DNA of 64,000 nt, taken from positions 313,488-377,487 of the forward strand of contig NC_068982.1 of assembly GCF_001194135.2 (NCBI RefSeq). The letters are read 5' to 3'. Positions 1-11,004 of this stretch are shown in pieces (within the stretch, counting starts at the first letter, position 1; each line of letters starts with the position of its first letter). Source of the stretch: Octopus bimaculoides (taxonomy: Eukaryota). The notes beneath the pieces are model-generated. The model saw only the letters and a list, made by a program, of their open reading frames with translations. It was not told where the DNA came from and did no database searches. A program made the translations under genes and the position numbers.

Positions 1-279
1 TTTCGAGCGAGATCGTTGCCAGTGCCCCTGGACTGGCTTGTGCGGGTGGCACATAAAAGACACCATTTCGAGCGTGGCCGTTTTCGTGCGGGTGACACGT
101 AAAAGCACCCACTACACTCTCTGAGTGGTTGGCGTTAGGAAGGGCATCCAGCTGTAGAAACTCTGCCAAATCAGACTGGAGCCTGGTGTTGCCATCCGGT
201 TTCACCAGTCCTCAGTCAAATCGTCCAACCCATGCTAGCATGGAAAGCGGACGTTAAACGATGATGATGATGATGATGA
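1..279 (+). mobile_element. RTE LINE 3' UTR with (GAT)n tail, young
   Basis: Near-identical to 5759-6028; ends ggacgttaaac(gat)n. Confidence 0.85.
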
Positions 280-631
280 ACCTGTTACTTGTTGGCTTCA
301 ACTCACTACATCTCTGGTCATTTGTCAAATTTTGTAAAGACTTGTGCCTTCACTTGTCTCAGTCTTCTCTCAATACTTTAGGACTTAAGGTTGACCAAAC
401 TGAAAGTTAGGGGAACTACCAGCCATCCTTGTACGAATTTACTGCACAGTCTCTCTTCCATTTGAGTCATGAGGAAGTTGTACAGCATGAATGCCCTTTG
501 CAGTCTGGACATAGTAGTGTACTGGAGAACTGTCTATTTCTTCCAAGTAGCTGGTTATTATCAAATACTTCCAGCCACAAACTGGGTATTGCTGGTGTCC
601 TACAGAGTGCTGTCATAATTCTTTCTAATGC

Positions 632-2026
632 TACATTCCAGGGAGAAAAACTAGAAGTAGTTGATAGCTTCCGCTATCTGGGTGACCAAGTCAGTAGCAG
701 GGGAGGGTGCGCTGAAAGTGTAGCTGCTAGAATAAGAATAGCCTGGGCAAAGGTCAGAGAGCTCTTACCTCTGCTGGTGACAAAAGGCCTCTCGCTCAGA
801 GTAAAAGGTAGACTGTATGTCGCATGTGTGCAAACAGCCATGCTACATGGGCCGTGACTGCTGAGGACATGCGTAAGCTTGCAAGGAATGAAGCCAGTAT
901 GCTCTGTTGGATGTGTAATGTCAATGTGAATACCTGTCAGAGTGTAAGTATCTTGAGAGTCATGTGGTGAGAATGGATGAGGATAGCTGTGGATAGATAG
1001 TGGTTGAGGAAACCTGTGGAAGATGTAGACCTAGGAAGACCTNNNNNNNNNNCTATCTGGGTGACCAAGTCAGTAGCAGGGGAGGGTGCGCTGAAAGTGT
1101 AGCTGCTAGAATAAGAATAGCCTGGGCAAAGGTCAGAGAGCTCTTACCTCTGCTGGTGACAAAAGGCCTCTCGCTCAGAGTAAAAGGTAGACTGTATGTC
1201 GCATGTGTGCAAACAGCCATGCTACATGGGCCGTGACTGCTGAGGACATGCGTAAGCTTGCAAGGAATGAAGCCAGTATGCTCTGTTGGATGTGTAATGT
1301 CAATGTGAATACCTGTCAGAGTGTAAGTATCTTGAGAGTCATGTGGTGAGAATGGATGAGGATAGCTGTGGATAGATAGTGGTTGAGGAAACCTGTGGAA
1401 GATGTAGACCTAGGAAGACCTGGGATGAGGTGGTGAAGCATGACCTTCGAAAATTAGGCCTCACCTAGGCAATGACTGGTGACTGGGACCTTTGGAAATA
1501 TGCAGTGCGTGAGAAAACCCGGCAAGCCAAGTGAGACCATAATCCATGGCCTCTGCCAGAAGTGTAACCAGCTCACTTATTCGTATCTTTACTTCATTGG
1601 GCACTAAACTCTGCTTATGAAGACCTGTTGAGGGAAGTGAAATCGAAATCAAACCATATTCGATGACTAGCACCTGTGCCAGTGGAGCACTAACAGCACT
1701 GTCCGAGTGGGATCATTGCCAGAGCAGCTGTCTGGCTTCCATGCCAGTAGCATGTAAATAGCACCATTTGAGTGTGATCATTACCAGCGTCGCCTTACTG
1801 GCACGTTAGAAAACATTCGAGCAAGGTTGTTGCCAGTGCCGTTGGACTGGCCCCCCATGCTGGTGGCACATAAAAGCACCCACTACACTCTCGGAGTGGT
1901 TGGCATTAGGAAAGGCATCCAGCTGTAGAAACTCTGCCAAATCAGATTGAAGCCTGGTGCAACCATCCGGTTCACCAACCCATGCTAACATGGAAAGCGG
2001 ACGTTAAACGATGATGATGATGATGA
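632..2026 (+). mobile_element. RTE-clade LINE 3' fragment, decayed, with an artefactual internal duplication
   Basis: RYLG...ARIRIAW.K.RELLPLL RT C-terminus, 3' UTR and (GAT)n tail; internal deletions. Confidence 0.88.
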
Positions 2027-2479
2027 ATTTCAAGCTATGCTGTGTTCTCTGGATTGATGTGACTTCACATGTAACTTCTGTTCTGGTTAGATGTCTTTGT
2101 GTGATAGTTGCAGTATTGGGTTGCTGATTTTCTATCCTGATATATANNNNNNNNNNNNNNNNNNNNNNNNNNNNNNNNNNNNNNNNNNNNNNNNNNNNNN
2201 NNNNNNNNNNNNNNNNNNNNNNNNNNNNNNNNNNNNNNNNNNNNNNNNNNNNNNNNNNNNNNNNNNNNNNNNNNNNNNNNNNNNNNNNNNNATATATATA
2301 TATATAACTCTCAAGGGAAGTCTCGTGCAACCATGTGGAAATCATGAGATGAGAGATGAATGAGCTTGCAGCCATAAAAGGAGCGATACCACTACGCATG
2401 TGGAGGATGCTAGGCACTGTACAGTGTGGCCCTCGGAAGTGAACAGTGTAACTTGCAGTTATGAACATTCAATATATTT

Positions 2480-3700
2480 TCTAAATGAGTGAAGCATAAC
2501 ACTTTGGTCTTCTACACAGTTTTCCTTCTAACTTTAGGTTCATGAATACAATAATGGATTTTGTAGATTTTGCCATTACATCCTTCTCAAATAGTGCTTT
2601 GATGGTGAATTTCATCTTTAACAAATCTTTGTGTGACATCCGAACCATGACTCCCACTACTCTCAATACTTGGTAGTGTTCCAATTCATTCTGGTTCAGT
2701 CGGTGGGGCATGCTTGGATAGGCTTTGACAAGATCTAACCAAATGACTGTGTGACAGCTTTTGGCTTCTTTAATGATCATTCAGAATTCTTTATTTTTGG
2801 ATACTTGTATGAATATAATATTCTCATTGATAAGTGAACCTGATATTAGCCTTTTAGCAATGATTGTCGGAATACTTTCTCTTCAATATTTTACAAGGAA
2901 ATCTCTCCAAATTGGTCAAATTCTGATGGGTTCGGTTCTTTAAGGATAAAGCAGACTTAGTGAGTTCCTGCTGAATTCCTGTTTTTTCTTCCAAAGCATT
3001 CATAAAACTTTCAACAGCAGTATTTTTGTAGCAGAAGGCAGTTTTTGTTGATCCTTTAAGAGATACCAGATGGTTGTGGGGCAGAGCTTCCGTGTGCTTT
3101 TGCCACCATTTGTGTCTTTACTTTTATCAAGTGTGAAATCTGCCTTGTTGAGAGGGGTTTCTGGCTTGGAACATTTACAGTTGAAGAAGACAATCTCCCA
3201 GTATGATGTCTCTGCTGGTGAGGGTCATTGTACTGGGGGTCTCTCTATCTTTTACTTCTTGGCTTTCCATGAAGGTCAACCATAAAACCACAAAGGGGTT
3301 TCCTTTGTTTATGCTCCACTCTCTCCCTGCTTATTCTGCATTGTCTCCACCATATAATGCTGAAGCAGAGTTGTTTGCAGCCATGAACTTGGCTGCTTTC
3401 AGGCTGCTTTTTCTCTGTCGTCTTTTCCTTAATAATCTTCCTTCTTCATTTCTATGATGTGGTATGGTTTCATTCTGGGACCACATGGTTTGTCAGATTT
3501 TACTTTTTTCATGCCCCAAAACCTCTTTGCATGCTTCATAATCTTTATCTTTCTAGTTGCATCTCCTTTATGCTCTGCTGAAATGTGTTATAGTATGCTG
3601 CTGCTGCTGGTAAATTCGGTTTAGATTTCTACTCGAAATCCTCATGGCTTTTGGAGTCATCTTTTTCTCCTGTGCTTTGATCTCAGAGTACATTGAACTC
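2480..3700 (-). mobile_element. Degenerate HERO-like (RLE-type) non-LTR retrotransposon RT fragment
   Basis: Across frameshifts on -: GDATRKIKIM..KRFWG, VAKAHGSSAPQPSGIS..NKNC, KEPNPSEFDQFGEISL*NIEEK, IIKEAK..VIWLDLVKAYPSMPH; resembles HERO SSAPGPSG / QFRTISLLNVEGK / WLDLANAYGSIPH. Confidence 0.7.
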
Positions 3701-4309
3701 TTGAACCCTGAGCTGGACAGAGAAGTCTCCCAGTACTGTGGATTGTATCCTGGTTTTAGTTTTCCACTGATTAACAAGCAGTTCTGATAAGCTCAGATTG
3801 TTTTCTGGGCCATGTTTTGCATTACTACAATTGCTTTTTGCATTTCGTCTTGAATTTTCATATTGCATTCATTCTTGAATATTCCCCTCTTTTTGGCATC
3901 ACTCTCCTATCTCGTCTTTATACCATTGTTTGTGTCATCATTTAGTATTTATGGTTTGCTAATACAGTACGTCAGGCTGTTGGCCCTATCTTTTTTGGAT
4001 ATCATCTTTGTGCTGCTACCTCATTCTTTCACTGATGTCATTTAATACTCACACCAGTACTCCATAAAGTACATTAATAACCCATTATACTCGGAATGAA
4101 ATTAACTGTGAATATTTTCAATGTGAAATGAATCAATTTGCGACACAAGAGAAAGAGGCTTCCTGACAGTATCTAAACAATATGTCTGTTGCTTGCCAGT
4201 TGACTTGTTACATTATTTATCGATGTTGACAAGTGAATTGATCTCCAAAGATAACAAATTTGAAGACACAGAAATATGTTGCTTTTGTTTTACACTCTCT
4301 GAGAGTTTA

Positions 4310-4487
4310 ATGTTGGTGGCACATTAAAAGCACTCAGCGCACACACTGTAAAGTGGTTGGTGTTAGGAAGGGCATCTGGTTGTAGAAACCACGCCAAATC
4401 AGACTGGAACCTGGTGCAGCTTGCCTGCTCTGGTCAAGCCGTCCAACCCATGCCAGCATGGAAAATGGACATTAAAAGGATGATGAG
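4310..4487 (+). mobile_element. RTE 3' tail fragment
   Basis: gttaggaagggcatc...ccaacccatgccagcatgg..gatgatga. Confidence 0.75.
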
Positions 4488-4731
4488 ATTACTCTTATCA
4501 ACAAAACAAAATAACAGCAGAACAGACCATCTCAATTCTAAATGTTAAAAGAAATCCTATTTATTATGTTTGTAAAAATATCAATAACTTAATGAACTTG
4601 TTGCTTCTGTGAATCTGTGCTTTGTGTTTAATTCTAATAGAATATTCTAGAAACTTGAACTAAAGATGCATTCTAAATTTAGACAACACATTTGTAATAG
4701 CTACTAATGACATGATTTAATTTGTTTACAG

Positions 4732-4929
4732 CTGTCAAAGAATGGAGTGAAAACACGATTGATTCCCTCTCTTGATGGTGGTTTATATCAAGAGGATGGC
4801 ACTAATATCGAACGGCTTCTTATATCCTCGGAAACCCTTCTTAGTTCTACATTCCGCATTGATGATGATACTATGATGATAGGAGGGAAAACTATTCAAA
4901 ATTATGGAATTGATATGAACTCTGGACAA
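4732..4929 (+). CDS. EIF2AK3: PERK exon ([17 protein letters not shown]...GIDMNSGQ)
   Basis: ttacag|CTG ... CAA|gtaaat, phase 0/0, luminal IPSLDG motif. Confidence 0.9.
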
Positions 4930-5475
4930 GTAAATATTTCTAAAATATTTTCAGAAAAGAAATTTTATTAAGTATTTTTTCTTCATTTTTTAAAGTTTTT
5001 ATTTCTGATTGTAGGCCAATGGAACTATTCAAGTTTTTACTGTTATAAACCATCATTAGGTTTTGCTTATTCTAGTTTTTACTGACAGGGGTTATCACTT
5101 CCAGTGCAAGAGATAAATCCTCAAATGTGCAACTTTGCTAAGAGATTCTCAAATGTGCAAATAGAAAGAGAATGCCAGCACATGGTGTAGGATAGCAGGT
5201 CTGTTGTAAACTTGGCTCTGTAGAATTATATTGGTGTTTAAAGGATAGGAAAATGGAAGGAAGGCTTTATCACATTGTTTTCTAAAATTGGAGTAGAAAC
5301 ATGTAGACAAAGAAAGAATGAAGAGTTTAGCGAAGACAAAAGGCAGTGCACTGCACTCACTCACGCACACACTCACTCACTCACGCACACACTCTCTTTC
5401 TTTCTTTCTTTCACACTCATTGAGATGATAAGGAGAATTGTCAAGAGGGTTATTTTGTTATAAGTTTTTGCACAT

Positions 5476-5507
<32 letters not shown>

Positions 5508-8500
5508 TAACAGAAGAATGAGGCCTCTATATTAGATAAATAAAAGATTATTTATATAAGACCTTCGTACATTGGGCCTCACCGAGGCGATGACTACGGA
5601 CCGAGACCTTTGGAAATGGGCTGTGCGTGAGAAGACCCGGCAAGCCAAGTAAGATCGTTGCCAGTGCCCCTGGACTGGTTCTTGTGCGGGTGGCACATGA
5701 GATGCACCATTTTGAGCGTGGCCGTTGCCAGTACCGCCTGACTGGCTCCTGTAGGATTTTCGAGCGAGATCGTTGCCAGTGCCCCTGGACTGGCTTGTGC
5801 GGGTGGCACATAAAAGACACCATTTCGAGCGTGGCCGTTTTCGTGCGGGTGACACGTAAAAGCACCCACTACACTCTCTGAGTGGTTGGCGTTAGGAAGG
5901 GCATCCAGCTGTAGAAACTCTGCCAAATTAGACTGGAGCCTGGTGTTGCCATCCGGTTTCACCAGTCCTCAGTCAAATCGTCCAACCCATGCTAGCATGG
6001 AAAGCGGACGTTAAACGATGATGATGATTATTTATATAGTAATCAGAATTTTGAATGTCGGCTAATTTAAATAACGGCAACAGATGAGAATGCATTGTAG
6101 CCCTTTGCTCCGAGTACTATAATGACAGTTTACTGTTTGTTCTAAATTAACACACACACACACACACACATGGACTGGTGGGTTGAAAATGATGAACCTG
6201 GGTAATACATTTATATTTGTGTGTGGTGGGAGTTATCCATGTGTGAAGGAACCTGAGCTGCTGGTGTCCCAACCAAATGTTATCAGCCATATTGTGTTTT
6301 TACTTGGATGAGTCATCAGAGTTGAACTCTTCCTTTTGTTATTTTGAGTGAGTGTTTACATCTTGGAGTTGGGTTATGGAGCCTGGTGGATTGATTGGCA
6401 AGATTCCTATATTTGTTGATTGTGGCAGCACACCTGTTTCTGTCTTCATTCCTNNNNNNNNNNNNNNNNNNNNNNNNNNNNNNNNNNNGCCAGGTAGCCT
6501 TGTACCTCCTACACAGCCAGACACCTGTTTCTGTCTCTCTCTGTCTCACTATAACCTTTCATCATCTGACACAAGATCACCACCTCTCAAAAGATTTCTG
6601 TCTTGCAAGTTATTTGGTGACCCTGTCAGTAGAGGTGCCACATAAAAATCATCCAGTCCACACTGTAAAGTAGTTGGCATATTTGGAAGGGCATCCAGCT
6701 GTAAAAACCTTGCCAAAACTGGCCTTGCCAATGCTTGTGCCACACAAAAAGCACTAAGTCCACTCTGTTGATTGGTTGGTGTTAGGAAGGGCATTCAACT
6801 GTAAAAATCCTGCCAAAACAGTCACAGAAGTTTAGTGCAGGTTTCTGTGTGGCCAGTTCCTGTCAAACCGTCCTACCCATGCCAGCATGGAAGGTGGATG
6901 TTAAATGATGATGATGATTAATGTCCTTTCTATCATGCTGTAGGTTTCTACTTTGAATTTCTGCATTTCTTGTATGTTGTCTCCTATTAGTTCATCTTCT
7001 GAATGTATGAGTTTATAAATATTATTGCAGTGTGGAGCCATCGTAATGTAAAATCAGGGCATTTTTTTTTCTCTAAAAGCAATTTTAAATTGTTCCTGCT
7101 TTACTGTAGAATTTTGATATCTTATTGTTTGATGTTTATAATCATCATCATCATCATTATGTTTTTAAGAGCATATTCTGTGAGGACCTGTTGTGCTGTT
7201 GCTCTTATTATTTCTGAGATGTCGTGTATTAATCTGGAGCTTTTCTAATAGTTTCGAAGATAGCCTTTTATTATTTCTGATGACATCTGTTGGAAAAATA
7301 TTTTCTGTGTCAAACCTGCATTGTTTGTCTAGCATTCAAGTTGTGACCAATGTACAGTAACCCCTCGCCATATTGTGGTTTATTATTCAAGCTTACATCG
7401 ATTCCTCTGGGGTGTTGTTTTGCATTTATAATAAAATAAATATCTACAAATTATAGAAATAATAAAACAAAAATATACAGTACTGTTTCTACTTCCCAGA
7501 TTTTCACCTACTGCAGGAGGGTTTGGAATGTAACACCTGTGATAGTCAAGGGATTACTGTCCATGCTTTGTCTCGTCTAAAGACATGCTGTCTCCTCTAT
7601 CTGCTTTTTTTTTTACCACTATTACAATGGTCTTTGTTCCTCTCAGCTGGCTGGTTCCCTGCCACCTCCACTCAGGTACTCCTGATCCATTTGTTTTCCT
7701 CCTCTCATCACCCAGTTTTAGCCGGCCAAGCAACTCTGTAGAATCTATTTTGTTGGCTTTTGGTGGTTATGTGACAGCAGCAATTTTCATCACTTTTGTA
7801 TTTGACATTGAAATGACAGTGTGGTGATAATAGCATCAGAGATAGTTTTCTTGGTTTATGAATATTGAAGTCATATTCCATTACTGATTATTCTTATGAT
7901 TTTGGACAAAGTACATAACTTTGTTTATTTTAGATTATGTGGTTAAAACAGGTTAAGAGTGAATAATTTTTTACTTTAGCCATTTTTATTTATTATCATC
8001 ATTATTGTTTTAGCATTCACTTTTCTTCCTTGCTTGCAGAATTCTTTGTGACAGATTTTCTTTGGCTAGATGCCTTTCCTGTTGCCAATCCTCAAGTAAA
8101 GTAATATTTTCTCCTGGTCAGGCATGTTTTTACTGAAGAGTCACTGTCATACAAGTGGTGTGACAGTGACTCTTATCAACAACTACCATGCAAAGTCTAG
8201 ACAAGCAAACACTCAAACATACTGACATGCACATATACATGTGTGTGTGTGTGTGATGGGCTTCTTTCAGTTTCCGTCTGCTAGATCTACTCAAGAGTTT
8301 GCTCCACCCAGCTCTATAGTAGAAGAAACTTGCTCAGTGCCACACAGTAGGACTGAACTCAGAACTATGGAGTTGGGAAGCAAACTTCTTACCACACAGC
8401 CATGTTTGTACCTCATAAGATAGAAGAAATATACCAGTTTAAGCCATTATAAGCTGATGACATCCAGACGAATAAAAAGGATTTAAACCTCAATTTTTCA

Positions 8501-10969
8501 GCAGATCTTTATGAATGTTGATTTATAAGATTTTGGTAATTAGCTTTAAAATGTCATTAAATATAATTACAATGAATGGATATATTTTTTTAAAATTCAG
8601 CTCCGATACACATGTTCCTTGAATGGATGCCAGCAATTTGGTTATACAGATTCATTGGGTGATGAAGAAGATTTGCTTGTTATTACTAGAAACACTCAAA
8701 CAATACGAGCTGTTGACTCACGGACTGGTTCGGAAAAGTAAGATGCTATAGTTATTTTTTGTTTCTGTCTGTTTGCTGAGTGTGTATCTTGTATTTGTAG
8801 CACATGACAAATCTAAATTGGTTGAGCAAATGAGAGTAAAAAAAAGTTTTGCTTGGTACAGAATATTTGTACGATTCTGATGTAAGTATTGGGAAAAAGT
8901 GTTTAGTTGGTATTTTCTTCTAAGAAAGGAGTTTTAATTTTGTTGTAGTAGTTATCTCATGTTAATAGAAATTTCAATGTTTGTGGACAACATACAATGG
9001 TCTGCTTGTCTCCTGGTTGGCATTCCATCATTTGCATGATTGTGGCATGCCAGAGCATTGCTTTGAGGAATTTTAGTCGAATAAATCAACCCCACTGCTT
9101 AATGTTTAGCATGGTACTTATTCTAGTGGTCTCTTACCAAACCAGTAAGTTACAGGAATGTAAACACACCAACATCAGTTGTCAAATGATGGTGGTGAAG
9201 GACAGACAGACAGACACACAATGGGCTTACCTACCAAATCCCCTCACAAGGCTGTGGTTGGCTTGAGGCTATAGAAGACACTTGCCCAAGGTGGGACTGA
9301 ACTTGGAATGGTGTGGTAGGGAAGCAAACTTCTTGCCACATAACCACACCTGCACCTAATACAAAATGCTCTGGATTATTTTTGTTGCACCTCAATTTAC
9401 TCAACAAGTGAAATTTGTTTTAAGTCAGCCATTAAATTTTATCAAGCAATAAGCAATCAATGTTCCTTTATTTTTTCTGGTTTTCCTAACCAGAGTGCTC
9501 CCGCCACTTTTCAGCTGGCATTCAAAGAGATGACAGGTATTAGTGAAGTACCATTGTGCACTTTGCTTCAATCCAGATTTAATAGGATTACCTGTAAAAC
9601 ACACACACAGTGGTTTTACAATGTCATTTTGAATCTCCTTTACATTTTGTGGTAACTAAGTGGTTCTGGTGCAAACCTGCAGAATGACTTTAATCCCACT
9701 GGAGGTCTCGAGTATGTTGTTCATGGTTATCCTACAATCTTGGATGCACATAGCATCCTTTATCATAATCCAAATTTCTTAATGTTTGAAATAGCTGACT
9801 TTCATCCACAACATTTTACTTAAACTGAATTCATTTAACTAAAGGCTTTCTATTAGTAAATAGTAAAAACATCCACAAACTGTTTTTCACACTGGTAATC
9901 CAAACAGCACCTTTGCACAGTCGCTCAGTTTGAAAGTTGAACAATTTTTCATCTTGTTATTCAGTTAAAAATATGTTGGCTTCAAAGGGAGAATATTTTG
10001 AAGTTTATTAGGTCTGTGTAACATATTTGTTCCTGACATTGACAAGCCTTGGCACACACCATATTTTGTGTAGCATTCATTAAGCATACTTCCACTTCTC
10101 AATGGAAATAGCTGCATTGACTTCTATGCAAGATGCATCAACTTTTACAACATAAGGTTAGATGACTATAAAAACGATTTCTTCAGTGGTTCCTTATGAA
10201 CACGTAACTCATTCTTGTCTCAACTTAGGCCACTGTCTTTATCAAAGACTTAGTTGTGTTGGTGAACCAGATAATGGACTTTTCTTTGCTTGTTTTCTCT
10301 GGTACATTTGGGAGCTGTGACATCATCAGTACATAACTCTAGACCTGGGGCCTGCAGACTTCTGGTGGTCTGTGAACTAAATTCAAAATTTCCTATATAT
10401 ATATATATCTATATCTACATAAGGATAAGCATATTAAAAGGGGTTCATGGAAAAACTCATTTAAATAAAAAAGTTGGAGACTACTGAAAAGGTGGGAACC
10501 TCTGCTCTAGATCGTTTCCACAAATTGAAACTTAAACCTACTGGAAATGGCAGAGAAGCAAGAACAAGCAAGCTGTGGGTTATGTGGCCTCAGTTTCGTC
10601 GAGACGTGGGGGGTTCACAGTGTTGACATTATTGGAAATTTGCTGAAAATGCTTGTGAGTGTGGCAAAGCTTGTTCCCAAAGGAAATTTCTCAGCTCTGG
10701 AAGCAGAAGTGAGCTTTGTACTGTCTGCTCAAATCCATAAGAATTGACTTGTGTAAGAGATTACTTAGGCTTAATTTGGGATTAAACAGAAGATATTTAG
10801 GTTAGTAATTGTTGTTATAGAATTATTTACTCCCTTATTTGGAGCTGATTCTTTTGTGCATTTGATCTCTTAGAGGAGGTTAAATGCCATCAGCTTATTG
10901 ATTCCACAATCGGCCATACTGTCAGGATTGGATTGTATGTGAAATTGATGGTTAATACATCTTTTTCCT

Positions 10970-11004
<35 letters not shown>

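Noticed and set aside
5532-5962. Cluster of overlapping ORFs (also 36234-37178 and 62828-63653)
   Set aside because: Antisense or alternative-frame readings of RTE sequence; some are lengthened by N-gaps.
9600-10250. Possible hAT transposase relic ([14 protein letters not shown] on -); a similar hint at 25900-26200
   Set aside because: Single weak motif, many stops, no TIRs found.
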